This document shows, piece by piece, positions 10,684 to 19,814 of a stretch of DNA of 55,027 bases (positions are counted from its first letter, which is position 1; every line of letters begins with the position of its first letter). Below the pieces are notes generated by a model. It was given only the letters and a program-made list of their open reading frames with translations. It searched no databases and was not told where the DNA came from. The DNA comes from an uncultured Candidatus Sumerlaeota bacterium (GTDB lineage Bacteria; Sumerlaeota; Sumerlaeia; SLMS01; JANRJK01), in NCBI GenBank assembly GCA_964618855.1, contig CAZUCD010000001.1, positions 1 to 55,027 on the forward strand, in the 5' to 3' direction. A program made the position numbers and the translations under genes.

Positions 10684-11658
10684 ATGCTCCGCCCCGCATC
10701 ATTCCACGGCACCACCGTCGCACTCGTCTCCCCGATGACCCGGCTCGGACGGGAGATCGTCGTGGACATCCCGGCATTCAGGCGGCTGTGCGCCCACGCG
10801 ATCGACGCCGGGTGCACGGGGCTCCTCGTCGGCGGCACTACCGGGCAGTCGGCCACGTTGACCACGGACGAGCTGTTCGCACTCATCCACGAGGCGGCCA
10901 CCTTCGGGCGCGACTATGCTGCGAGCGTTGGCCGCAGCGTGCTCGTCCTTGCGGGCGTCTGCGCCAACGCCACCCACGAGGCCGTTTCGATGACCCGCAG
11001 GATCGGGGAATCGACGGATGTGGACGCGATCCTGCACGTCACGGGGTACTACAACAATCCCCCCCAGGAAGGGCTCCGGCGCCACTTCGAGGCCTGCGCC
11101 GACGCTGCGGCCGAGTATGACCGCGGCATCATCCTCTACAACGTCCCGTCGAGAACCAAGTCGAACATCGAGGCGCGCACGGCCATCGCGCTCGCCGCGC
11201 ACCCGAACATCCTCGGCATCAAGGAGGCCAGCGGGGACCTCGCACAGGTACGCGCCATTGCCGACGGCACCGTGCGCGAATCCTTCGCCATACTCTCCGG
11301 CGAGGACGACCAGGTGGCCGCCATCATGCGCATGGGTGGCATCGGCGTCATCAGCGCCACGGCCAACATCTGGCCGCGCGAGTTTCAGGTGCTGACCGAA
11401 CTGTGCGCCGCGGGGTTCTGGCAGGAGGCGGAGGAGCTCCAGAAGGCCCTCATGCCCTGCATTCGCGCCGTCTTCGCGGCGAAGAACCCGATTCCCCTGC
11501 ACTACATGATCGACAGCCGGGTTCGGCTGCCACTCGTCGAGCTGACCGAGCTGGACGAACCCGCGCGCACCAACGCCCTCCGCGTGGTCCACGAGGCGGG
11601 GGAGATCCTCTGCTTTCCCCATGTGGGCGCCCACGGCGGGTTCGCCGCGGCGGGCTAG
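10684..11658 (+). CDS. dapA: DapA/NAL-family class I aldolase (4-hydroxy-tetrahydrodipicolinate synthase-like)
   Basis: Family motifs: GTTVALVSPM, GGTTGQSATLTTDE (Gln replaces the usual Glu of GTTGE), YNVPSRT, and the Schiff-base lysine context ILGIKEASGD. Confidence 0.8.
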   Translation: MLRPASFHGTTVALVSPMTRLGREIVVDIPAFRRLCAHAIDAGCTGLLVGGTTGQSATLTTDELFALIHEAATFGRDYAASVGRSVLVLAGVCANATHEAVSMTRRIGESTDVDAILHVTGYYNNPPQEGLRRHFEACADAAAEYDRGIILYNVPSRTKSNIEARTAIALAAHPNILGIKEASGDLAQVRAIADGTVRESFAILSGEDDQVAAIMRMGGIGVISATANIWPREFQVLTELCAAGFWQEAEELQKALMPCIRAVFAAKNPIPLHYMIDSRVRLPLVELTELDEPARTNALRVVHEAGEILCFPHVGAHGGFAAAG

Positions 11659-11696
11659 GACCTGCGAAGCCGGGGCTGTTCACGGGCAGTGGCATT

Positions 11697-11721
11697 GGTG
11701 ATCGACTCCGTCGCGATCACC
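11697..11721. terminator. Hairpin between the convergent dapA-like and icd genes
   Basis: GGTGATCG-actccgtcg-CGATCACC forms an 8-bp perfect stem. There is no U-tract. Confidence 0.35.
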
Positions 11722-11735
11722 AGGACCCGGACAGC

Positions 11736-13142
11736 CTACTGTCCCTGCGCGAGCGTGTAGCCCCGCTTGCCGTCGAAGCCGTTCAGCTTCTCGATGTGCG
11801 TCCATTGGCAGTCGGCCTGCAGCTTGGCGATGGCGGCGTGGACTTCCGCATCGGTGACTTCAGCGGTGCCGGGAGCTTCGTAGCGGCATCGGTGCACGTC
11901 CACCAGCAGCACGTCCGGCGCCGGGCCGGGACCAACGCGCGTCCCGCGATTGCTGATCATGACGAGCTTGAACTTGCCGACCTCGGCCGGCATCCGAGGC
12001 AGGCCGTCGGCCACCACGAAGATGTCAAATCCGTGAAGCGTCCGCCTGGCCTTCGTCGTGGCGGAGTCGGCCGCCTGCGCGCCGGTCTGGGCGCTTGTGG
12101 TCCCGGAGTCCGAGACCTCGACCGGGCCGATCCGGTCCAGCTCCGCGCAAACCGCATCCGTGAAGTCGAGCGTCCCCGCATTGCCCCCAAGGTCGCGCGT
12201 CTTGATCCCCCGTTGGAAGGTGGCGACGAGGGCCCGTTCCACGGCGTCGGCGTGGGCCAGCATGCCGAGGTGCCTGAGCATCGCGATGGCGCTCTGGAGC
12301 AGCGCCGTGGGATTGGCCAGGCCCTTGCCCGCGATGTCGGGAGCCGTGCCGTGGACCGCCTCGAACACCGCGCACCCGTCCCCGATGTTGCCTCCCGGGG
12401 CGATGCCGAGCCCGCCGACCAGCCCCGCGGCGAGGTCGCTCACGATGTCCCCGAAAAGGTTCGGCAGGAGGAGCACGTCGAACTGTGTGGGCCGCGTCAC
12501 GAGCTGCATGCAGCAGTTGTCCACCAGCATCTCGGATGCCTCGATTTCCGGGTACTGTGGCGCGATCTCGCGGAAGACATCGAGGAAGAGGCCGTCCGTC
12601 AGCTTCATGATGTTCGCCTTCTGGATGCAGGCGACCCTGCGGCGCCGCTGGCGGCGCGCCATCTCGAAGGCGTAGCGGGCGATCTTGCGGCAGCCGGGGC
12701 GCGTGATCAGGCGGAGGCACTGCGCGACGTCCGCGCTCTGCATGTGCTCGATCCCGCCGTAGGTGTCCTCGATGTTCTCCCGGACGATGATGAGGTCGAT
12801 GCCCGGGAACCGCGTCTCGACCCCGGGCAGGGTGCGCACGGGCCGCACGTTCGCGTAGAGGTCGAGTGCCTTGCGGATGGTGACGTTGACCGACTTGTGG
12901 CCACCGCCGATGGGCGTCGCCGTCGGCCCCTTCAGCGCGATCCGCGCCTTGCGGACCGCATCGAGCGTTTCCTGGGGGCATCCGTTGCCATACTTCTCAA
13001 CGCACGACAGGCCCGCCTCCGCCTCGATCCAGTCGATGGGCGCGCCGGCCCTATCGAGGATGGTCCTCACGGCCGCGGCGATCTCCGGCCCGATGCCGTC
13101 CCCTGGGATCAACACCGCCTTTGTCCGCTTCATCGTGGGCAA
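11736..13142 (-). CDS. icd: Isocitrate dehydrogenase (beta-decarboxylating dehydrogenase family) with a C-terminal extension of about 130 aa
   Basis: Family motifs: AVLIPGDGIGPEI, NVTIRKALDLYANVRP, IVRENIEDTYGG, LLLPNLFGDIVSDLAAGLVGGLG, FEAVHGTAPDIAGKG. About 130 extra residues follow the dehydrogenase core. Confidence 0.9.
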   Translation of the reverse strand: MPTMKRTKAVLIPGDGIGPEIAAAVRTILDRAGAPIDWIEAEAGLSCVEKYGNGCPQETLDAVRKARIALKGPTATPIGGGHKSVNVTIRKALDLYANVRPVRTLPGVETRFPGIDLIIVRENIEDTYGGIEHMQSADVAQCLRLITRPGCRKIARYAFEMARRQRRRRVACIQKANIMKLTDGLFLDVFREIAPQYPEIEASEMLVDNCCMQLVTRPTQFDVLLLPNLFGDIVSDLAAGLVGGLGIAPGGNIGDGCAVFEAVHGTAPDIAGKGLANPTALLQSAIAMLRHLGMLAHADAVERALVATFQRGIKTRDLGGNAGTLDFTDAVCAELDRIGPVEVSDSGTTSAQTGAQAADSATTKARRTLHGFDIFVVADGLPRMPAEVGKFKLVMISNRGTRVGPGPAPDVLLVDVHRCRYEAPGTAEVTDAEVHAAIAKLQADCQWTHIEKLNGFDGKRGYTLAQGQ

Positions 13143-13166
13143 CTCCGTGGACTGCTGGACTGGGCA

Positions 13167-13592
13167 TCACATCAGGTTGCGCAATCTCTGGCGCAGCTTC
13201 TCCGCCACCGCCTGCCACTCATTGGCCGCGCCCTCCCCGTTTCCGACCAGCGGCGCCGCCTGGTCGATCGCGGCCCCGAGGTCCCGCGTCAGTTCCTCGA
13301 GGTCCCGCCTGCGGTCGCGCAGCCGCTGGTTCTCCAGCCGGTAGATACGCGTCCTGTCGGTGCTCTTGATGAACAGGTACTCCGCGACCATGATGATGTA
13401 GATCAGGAGCGCAGTCCTGCTTGTCAGGGCCTCAAGGATGCGTATGGGGCTCAGGTAGACCACGAGCGTGCCGAGCCCCAGCACGAGCAGCAGGAACGAT
13501 GCGTCGCGCCAGCGCCTCCGCGCGGTCGGGCCCGGCGCCGAGCGGACGCGGGCCTCCCGCGTCCGCTCCCCGGCTTCGGTCACGGCGACCAC
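13167..13592 (-). CDS. Hypothetical membrane protein (2 TM segments plus a C-terminal coiled-coil-like region)
   Basis: The hydrophobic segments are FLLLVLGLGTLVVYL and ALLIYIIMVAEYLFI. The ORF runs to 13694, which would overlap greA. The GTG at 13592 (verified) avoids the overlap, so the start is uncertain. Confidence 0.55.
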   Translation of the reverse strand: MVAVTEAGERTREARVRSAPGPTARRRWRDASFLLLVLGLGTLVVYLSPIRILEALTSRTALLIYIIMVAEYLFIKSTDRTRIYRLENQRLRDRRRDLEELTRDLGAAIDQAAPLVGNGEGAANEWQAVAEKLRQRLRNLM

Positions 13593-13605
13593 GCCCCGCG
13601 CCCCA

Positions 13606-15852
13606 TCATCCGACCTGCACCACCCTTGCCTTCTCGATGGAGAGCACCTTGTACTCCTCCTTGCGCCCATCCGGCAGCGACACCGTGAACACATCGTTCA
13701 CGGACCGGTTGAGCAACTGCGACCCCAGCGGCGTCATGTACGAGATCACGTTCTGGCGCAGGTCCGCCTCCCACATCCCGAGGAGGGTGTACTCCACCTC
13801 CTCGTTGTCCGAGGTGCGAACCAGCCGGAGCGTCGTCCCGAACCGCGAGTTCGACGGATTGACCGCCTCGATGTCGAGGATGCGCGCGCGTGAAATCAGG
13901 TCCTCGAGTTCCGCGGCGTTCTGCATGAGGAGCTTCTGCCGGTCCTTCGCCGCATGGTACTCGGCGTTTTCCTTCAGGTCGCCGAGCGCCCGTGCGGCGG
14001 AGATGACCTCCGCCATGCCGGGAATCTCGACGGAGAGCAGGCGCGACAGCTCCATCCGCTTGCGCTCGACCGAGTCGGCGAGCGCGTAGTGGAAGTTGGG
14101 CTTCTTGCGCTCCTCCTCCTCCTCGAGCTTTGAGGTTCGCTTCAGGTTGGGGTGCTCCGTGTAGATGAGCCGTTCGACGTTTTCCTTGAATGGCCCGGCG
14201 AGCGCCCCGTGCAACTGGATGCGGGTGAGGAGCTTGCGGGCCTCCTCGGGCGTGCACTTCACGATCACCCGGCGCATCTGCTTGCCCTGCCCCTCCTGGA
14301 CGAAGGAGCGGAGCTTCGAGAGCATGGACTTTGCCGCGGCCGACGCCCCGGTCTCCGCGATGCTCTCCGCATGGTAGTAATCCATGAGGGAGAGTATCTC
14401 CTCCATCAGGAGGGGGATCGGCGCGATCCCCGAGCCCAGGTTCCAGGTTCCCTCCAGGACGTTGCGCACGGCCCAGATGAAGAGCTCCGGGTTCTTGTCG
14501 GGCCGGCCGAGGACCGACTCGATGGCATTGCGCCGGGCCTCCTCCCTGCCCCCCTTCGCGAGTTCGCGCTCGGCCCACGCGGCCGCGCGCGTGTCGAGGT
14601 GGATGAAGCAGTCCGTCACGAGGGTGGCCCACTCGTCAGGCCGCGTCCGCAGCAGGTGCTCCAGCGCGACCCGCTGCGAGTCGGACTCGCTCACGAGCTC
14701 CATCACGTCCGCGATGTCCCGTTCCGCAAGGAGCGCGTCGAGGTCGAAGGGATGGGGGAGCTCGCCAAAGATGTCGTCGAACTCCTCGTAGATGAGCGCG
14801 CGGTTCAGGCGCAGGCTGAACGCCGCGTCGCCCGACCTGCCCGGGTCGCAGAACGCCTTGTGCAGACGCTGCATGTCGGCAGGGGAGAGCTCGGCTTCGT
14901 CCCCGTGCAGCGAGACGTCGCGCATCGCGAGTCGGAGGTCCTCCATGGACTTCGGTGAGGTGATCCGGTGCAGGACGGCGTCCAGGAAGGAGCGCGGCTG
15001 GGAGCGAAGGATGAGCGTCGCGTTGGCCCCAGCGCCCTCGAGGTCGAGGTAGGGGTCGAGCTTGATCTCCTCCTTGGCGGAGTTCCACCAGCGCTTGTAC
15101 TCATCCTCGGTGAGGAATCGCGTCGTGAGCGTCTTCTTCAGGTCCTGGACCTTCTGCCTGCGGCCGAAGCTGTTGAGCGCGAGCCGAATGAGCCCGGCGG
15201 GTTCCTCGAAGGCGTAGGACTTGAGTTCCGCGGGCGCGGACGCGAGCCGCGCGTAGAAGTGCTCCTTCGGGATGCGCTCGAGGAACTGGCGCACGCCGTC
15301 GAGCGTCATGGTCTGGGCCTTCTTCAGCTCGAAGTCGATGGTGACCTTCCCGGCATCGATGTCGAGCGCGCTCGCGATGCCAAGGCCCCAGCTCCGGTGC
15401 CTGAAGACCTGCCCCTTGGTGGCGCCGAGCAGTTCCTCGAACCGGGCGAGCGCCTTGCGCAGGTCCGGGGTTTCGCCGTCGATGCCGCTGACGCGGAGGA
15501 ACTCAGCCATGCGGGCCGGGTCGCGGTCGGAGTGGATCGCGGGAAGCGCGGCCTTCAGGATCGGGCGGAGGAACTCCAGGCCCGGTTCGCTTGCGAGGAG
15601 CATCTCGGCGATCCGGAGGGCGGCCTCGGCGTCCCCGGCCTTGATGCGGGCCTCCAGGAACATGCCGTACAGTTCGGCCAGCTTGTGCACGTGCTTCTTG
15701 TGAAGCAGGCGCTTGACGATCGCCTCGTGAAAATGGAAGGGGAACGGGCTGCCATCGACGATGGCGATCCAGGCCTCATCAATTTCAGGCCAGCGCTTGT
15801 GACTGATCGCTTCAAGGAGTCGGTCGCGAAGTTCGACGTCGGCCTCGGACAA
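13606..15852 (-). CDS. greA: Long-form transcription elongation factor GreA (N-terminal extension of about 590 aa plus a complete GreA module)
   Basis: The C-terminal ~160 aa contain the GreA coiled-coil signature (LGDLKENAEYHAAKDRQ) and the C-terminal globular domain (YTLLGMWEADL...ISYMTPLGSQLL). The ORF opens at a TTG at 16029, but its first ~59 aa are R-rich. The TTG at 15852 is preceded by GAGGT, 7 nt upstream. The start is uncertain. Confidence 0.85.
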   Translation of the reverse strand: MSEADVELRDRLLEAISHKRWPEIDEAWIAIVDGSPFPFHFHEAIVKRLLHKKHVHKLAELYGMFLEARIKAGDAEAALRIAEMLLASEPGLEFLRPILKAALPAIHSDRDPARMAEFLRVSGIDGETPDLRKALARFEELLGATKGQVFRHRSWGLGIASALDIDAGKVTIDFELKKAQTMTLDGVRQFLERIPKEHFYARLASAPAELKSYAFEEPAGLIRLALNSFGRRQKVQDLKKTLTTRFLTEDEYKRWWNSAKEEIKLDPYLDLEGAGANATLILRSQPRSFLDAVLHRITSPKSMEDLRLAMRDVSLHGDEAELSPADMQRLHKAFCDPGRSGDAAFSLRLNRALIYEEFDDIFGELPHPFDLDALLAERDIADVMELVSESDSQRVALEHLLRTRPDEWATLVTDCFIHLDTRAAAWAERELAKGGREEARRNAIESVLGRPDKNPELFIWAVRNVLEGTWNLGSGIAPIPLLMEEILSLMDYYHAESIAETGASAAAKSMLSKLRSFVQEGQGKQMRRVIVKCTPEEARKLLTRIQLHGALAGPFKENVERLIYTEHPNLKRTSKLEEEEERKKPNFHYALADSVERKRMELSRLLSVEIPGMAEVISAARALGDLKENAEYHAAKDRQKLLMQNAAELEDLISRARILDIEAVNPSNSRFGTTLRLVRTSDNEEVEYTLLGMWEADLRQNVISYMTPLGSQLLNRSVNDVFTVSLPDGRKEEYKVLSIEKARVVQVG

Positions 15853-16124
15853 GTGGGATACCTCGACTGAAGAAGGTTCGGCCTGGCGAAAATCCCCGCA
15901 GACCCCGGAACGAGTAGGGGAGCAGCCCACCCGGGCGCGCGGCAACGCCAAACCACGCAGCTTGCGCAGTCTGGATCCCCCCCGGGGCAGGCGGGACCAC
16001 AGCCCCGGTCGGACCAAGCCGGGATTCAACTTGCTCTCACGCTGAGGCCCAAAAACCCTTTATCTCCCGTTGTTCCACCGGGGAATCCACTTCCTCCCCG
16101 CCCAACGCCAGGAGTCCATCGACC

Positions 16125-18215
16125 ATGAGAGTCTATCGCAGCGACGAAGTCCGCAACGTAGCCCTCGCAGGGCATTCGGGATCGGGCAAGACCACGCTGA
16201 CGGAAGCCCTGCTCTACATCAACGGAGTCATCCCCAAGCCGGGATCCATCGAAGCCAAGACCACCCAGTCCGACTACGATCCCCAGGAGCAGGCCCGGCA
16301 CATATCCATCAATCTCGCCGTCATTCCGCTGGAACTCCCGAACCACAAGATCAACCTGATCGACTGCCCAGGCTCCCGCGACTTCGTGGGGGACATGAAG
16401 AACGGCATCCGGGTGGCGGAGATGGCGCTCGTGGTCGTGGATGCGGTGCACGGATCCGAGGTCGGCACCGAGTTCGCCTGGGAGTACGCCGCCGAGTACC
16501 TGATTCCGCGGGCAGTCTTCATCAACAAGATGGACAAGGAGCGCGCCAGCTTCAGCCGGGCCATGGATACCATTGCGCGCGACTTCGAGGCTCGCTGCGT
16601 CCCCATCACGCTGCCGATCGGCGAGGGACCGGACTTCAAGGGTGTCGTGGATCTCTTCGAGATGAAGGCCGTCTATCCCGACGGCACGGGAGTCAGGATG
16701 GAGGAGATCCCGGCGGACATGAGGGACGAGGCGAACGCTGCGCGCCGCGCCCTGGTCGAGGCTGCCGCCGAGGGGGACGACCAGCTCACCGAGAAGTTCC
16801 TGCTCGAGGAAAACCTGTCCCTCGAGGAGATCATGACCGGGCTGCGCGAGGACCTGGAGGAGGGGCGCTTCTGCCCCGTCGTCTGCGGCTCGGCCACCAC
16901 GCTGGCGGGAATCTGGTCGCTCCAGCGCTTCTTCATGAACGAGTGCCCCCCGCCCTTCGAGCGCAAGGGCTTCCGCCTCCAGACCAGCGATGGCGAGCGC
17001 AGGCTCCGCAAGCTCGACCCCATCGCCCCCTTCAGCGCCTTCGTCTTCAAGACCATAAACGACGACTATGCGGGGAGGCTTTCGCTGTTCAAGGTCGTGT
17101 CGGGTGAAATCGTCGGAGACGGGATGATCCTCAACTCCCGAGTCGGCAAAACCGAGCGCGTCGGCCATGTCTTCGACGTACGGGGAAAGACACAGCTTCA
17201 GGTCGAGCGCATCGTGACGGGGGATATTGGCGCCTTCGCGAAGCTCGAAGTCACGCACACGGGCGACACGATCCAGGACCCCAAGGGCGAGCCCGTCGTC
17301 TACGAGCCCACCGTCATGCCGCAGGCGACCACGCACGCTGCCATCCACACGAAGAACCGCGGCGACGAGGAGAAGCTCTCCATGGCCCTGCACCGCATGC
17401 TGGAGAGCGACCCGACGCTGAAGGTCGAGCGCGATGGCAGCCTCCACCAGACGGTCCTCTCTGGAATGGGCGACACCCACCTTGACGTCGCGATCGCACG
17501 CCTGCGGGCAGCGACGAAGATCGAGGTCGAGCTCCACCCCCCCCGCGTGCCCTACCGCGAGACCATCACCCGCAAGGGCGAGGGACAGGGGAAGTACAAG
17601 AAGCAGTCGGGTGGCCGCGGGCAATACGGCGACTGCCACGTCCGATTCGAGCCGCTCCCGCGCGGATCCGAGTTCGAGTTTGTCTGGGAAATCGTTGGCG
17701 GCGTCATTCCCACCAACTTCAAGGGAAGCGTCGAGAAGGGCCTCGTCGATGCCCTGCACCACGGGGTGCTCGCGGGCTATCCGGTCGTGGACGTCAGGGC
17801 GTCATGCTACTACGGCTCCTACCACGACGTCGACTCGAGCGACATGGCCTTCCAAGTCGCCGCATCCCTCGCCTACAAGAACGTGCTGCCCACCTGCGGG
17901 CCGGTGGTGCTCGAGCCCTACCTGACCGTCAGCGTCGTCGTCCCGGACTCACACATGGGCGACGTCATGGGGTACATCTCTCAGAGGCGCGGGCGAATCT
18001 CCGGCAACGAGCAGATCGGCCACAAGGTCGTCATCCATGCCGAAGTCCCCCAGGGCGAGATGGCCACCTTCAGCCGCGACCTGCGCAGCATGACCCAGGG
18101 ACGCGGGGTCTTCGAGACGAAGTTCTCGCACTACGAGGCCTGCCCGCCACCGGTGCAGGAGAAGGTCGTGGCCGAGGCCCAGCGCCACGCTGCGGAACTC
18201 GCGGCCGCACATTGA
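16125..18215 (+). CDS. Elongation factor G paralogue (translational GTPase, divergent G1 and G3 motifs)
   Basis: 696 aa with EF-G architecture throughout. G1 is AGHSGSGKTT, G3 is DCPGSRDF, G4 is INKMDK. An AGGAG lies 9 nt before the ATG. Confidence 0.9.
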   Translation: MRVYRSDEVRNVALAGHSGSGKTTLTEALLYINGVIPKPGSIEAKTTQSDYDPQEQARHISINLAVIPLELPNHKINLIDCPGSRDFVGDMKNGIRVAEMALVVVDAVHGSEVGTEFAWEYAAEYLIPRAVFINKMDKERASFSRAMDTIARDFEARCVPITLPIGEGPDFKGVVDLFEMKAVYPDGTGVRMEEIPADMRDEANAARRALVEAAAEGDDQLTEKFLLEENLSLEEIMTGLREDLEEGRFCPVVCGSATTLAGIWSLQRFFMNECPPPFERKGFRLQTSDGERRLRKLDPIAPFSAFVFKTINDDYAGRLSLFKVVSGEIVGDGMILNSRVGKTERVGHVFDVRGKTQLQVERIVTGDIGAFAKLEVTHTGDTIQDPKGEPVVYEPTVMPQATTHAAIHTKNRGDEEKLSMALHRMLESDPTLKVERDGSLHQTVLSGMGDTHLDVAIARLRAATKIEVELHPPRVPYRETITRKGEGQGKYKKQSGGRGQYGDCHVRFEPLPRGSEFEFVWEIVGGVIPTNFKGSVEKGLVDALHHGVLAGYPVVDVRASCYYGSYHDVDSSDMAFQVAASLAYKNVLPTCGPVVLEPYLTVSVVVPDSHMGDVMGYISQRRGRISGNEQIGHKVVIHAEVPQGEMATFSRDLRSMTQGRGVFETKFSHYEACPPPVQEKVVAEAQRHAAELAAAH

Positions 18216-18238
18216 AGTCAGTGACAGCGGGCCGGAGG

Positions 18239-18266
18239 CCGGGGACCGGTGGTATCTGGTCCCCGG
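18239..18266. terminator. Hairpin between the convergent EF-G paralogue and DUF1579 genes
   Basis: CCGGGGACC (18239-18247) pairs perfectly with GGTCCCCGG (18258-18266) around a 10-nt loop. There is no U-tract. Confidence 0.45.
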
Positions 18267-18288
18267 CCCCCGACCCCGGCTCCCGGCA

Positions 18289-18888
18289 TCACTTCTTCCG
18301 CTTCGCCACCATCTGCCAGACTTCCACCTCCTTGCCGTCCGGGCCCGGCGAGTACATCTTCAGCACGCGCGTGTCATTGTCGGGCCATGTTGCCTTCATC
18401 GTGTAGGTCACGCGCTTGGAGGGATCATCATAGCTCGGCCCGTCTGACTTGAGCACCAGCGTCTTCCCGTCGGCGTCCATGTCCCCCTCGGACGTCATCG
18501 GCCACGATCCGGCGGAGTCCGCCCAGAAGTTGATGTGCTTCTTGCGCGTCGCGTCGTAGCCGTAGACTCCGTGCCCGACAAACTCCATCCCGAACATGTT
18601 CATCTTCGTGTCCTCGACGACCCAGAACTCGCCCATGGCCCGGACCGTGGAGGTGCCGGTGCTCTTCACCTCTGGCTGCCCGGGGCCCATGCTCATCGAC
18701 ATCTCGGACTCCCACTCGCCGATGAATCGCTTGAGGTCGACGTGCTCCTTGCCGGGCTTTTCCATCTGCATGCCCCCGGAGGCGTCCGCGGGCGGGGTGT
18801 CCTTGGGCTGATCGCCTTCGCTTACGGCGACCGAGGTGAGGCCGATGGCGCAGGCGAGGACCGCCGCTGCCAGCAATGCACGCTTCAT
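18289..18888 (-). CDS. DUF1579 family secreted protein
   Basis: Signal peptide MKRALLAAAVLACAIGLTSVAVS. The body follows the DUF1579 pattern (FIGEWESEMSM...MGEFWVV...GYDATRKKHINFWADS...DTRVLKMY). Confidence 0.82.
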   Translation of the reverse strand: MKRALLAAAVLACAIGLTSVAVSEGDQPKDTPPADASGGMQMEKPGKEHVDLKRFIGEWESEMSMSMGPGQPEVKSTGTSTVRAMGEFWVVEDTKMNMFGMEFVGHGVYGYDATRKKHINFWADSAGSWPMTSEGDMDADGKTLVLKSDGPSYDDPSKRVTYTMKATWPDNDTRVLKMYSPGPDGKEVEVWQMVAKRKK

Positions 18889-18993
18889 GACATACTCCCC
18901 CTGAGGGTGGATGTGCGGCAGAAAAACACGTGTCCGCTTGGATAATCGACATTCTGGGCGCCCAGCGGGATTGCCTCAAGGGGATTTGAGCGA

Positions 18994-19761
18994 TCAATCA
19001 ACCCCTGTTTGCCCGCGGAGGACCTGCTCGGCGAACCATGCGCGCTCGGGTCCAGGAAGAAAATCCAGCGCCGCAGCCTCGTCTGCGCGGAGATTCTCGC
19101 CCCGCTCGATACGCGCCCGCAGGACGCCCCCCGTGGCCGACCATCGCAGCTCCGACGAAAAGAAGACCACGCCCGCAAAGGACAACCGGTGAATGGTCGT
19201 GGGGCCGAGGCGTTCAAGCGCCTCGTAGTGCTGCGGCGTCGGGTAGCCTCGGTTGGTCTCCCATCCGTACCCGGGGAACTCGCGCGCCCAACGGTCCATC
19301 TCCAGATCCCGGGCCGTCTTCGCAAGGATGCTGGCCGCGGCGATGCTCGCCGACTTGCTGTCCCCCTTCACGATGGGGAGCACCGGGCGCCGTTCCCCGG
19401 GGAGTACGAGCGCGTCCGTCACGATGGCGTCCGGGGGCACGCGCAGGCCGGCGAGCGCACGCCTCGCCGCGAGTCGGGTCGCCCCGAGGACGTTCAGCTC
19501 GTCGATCTCCTCCGGGCTCGCCGATGCTACCGCCCACGCAAGCGCGGTCCCGCGAATCTCCTCCGCAAGCCTCGCACGCGTCCGAGCATCCAGCTTCTTT
19601 GAGTCGTCGAGTCCACGGGGTCGGAGTCGTCCGAGGTCGAACACGACGGCCGCGGCATGGACCGGCCCCGCCAGCGGACCCCGACCAGCCTCGTCCACCC
19701 CGGCCACACGCACGGCTCCTTGCAGTCTTCCCCAGTCTCTTTCGGGAACGATTGAGGGCAT
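18994..19761 (-). CDS. rnhB: Ribonuclease HII
   Basis: Active-site blocks are present: AGVDEAGRGPLAGPV, DDSKKL, KGDSKSASIAAASILAK, GYPT. There is a C-terminal tail of about 55 aa. Confidence 0.93.
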   Translation of the reverse strand: MPSIVPERDWGRLQGAVRVAGVDEAGRGPLAGPVHAAAVVFDLGRLRPRGLDDSKKLDARTRARLAEEIRGTALAWAVASASPEEIDELNVLGATRLAARRALAGLRVPPDAIVTDALVLPGERRPVLPIVKGDSKSASIAAASILAKTARDLEMDRWAREFPGYGWETNRGYPTPQHYEALERLGPTTIHRLSFAGVVFFSSELRWSATGGVLRARIERGENLRADEAAALDFLPGPERAWFAEQVLRGQTGVD

Positions 19762-19814
19762 GGCCTAGATTCAGGGGAACCCGGCGAGCGTGCTCAAGCG
19801 GGAGCCTGCGAGCC

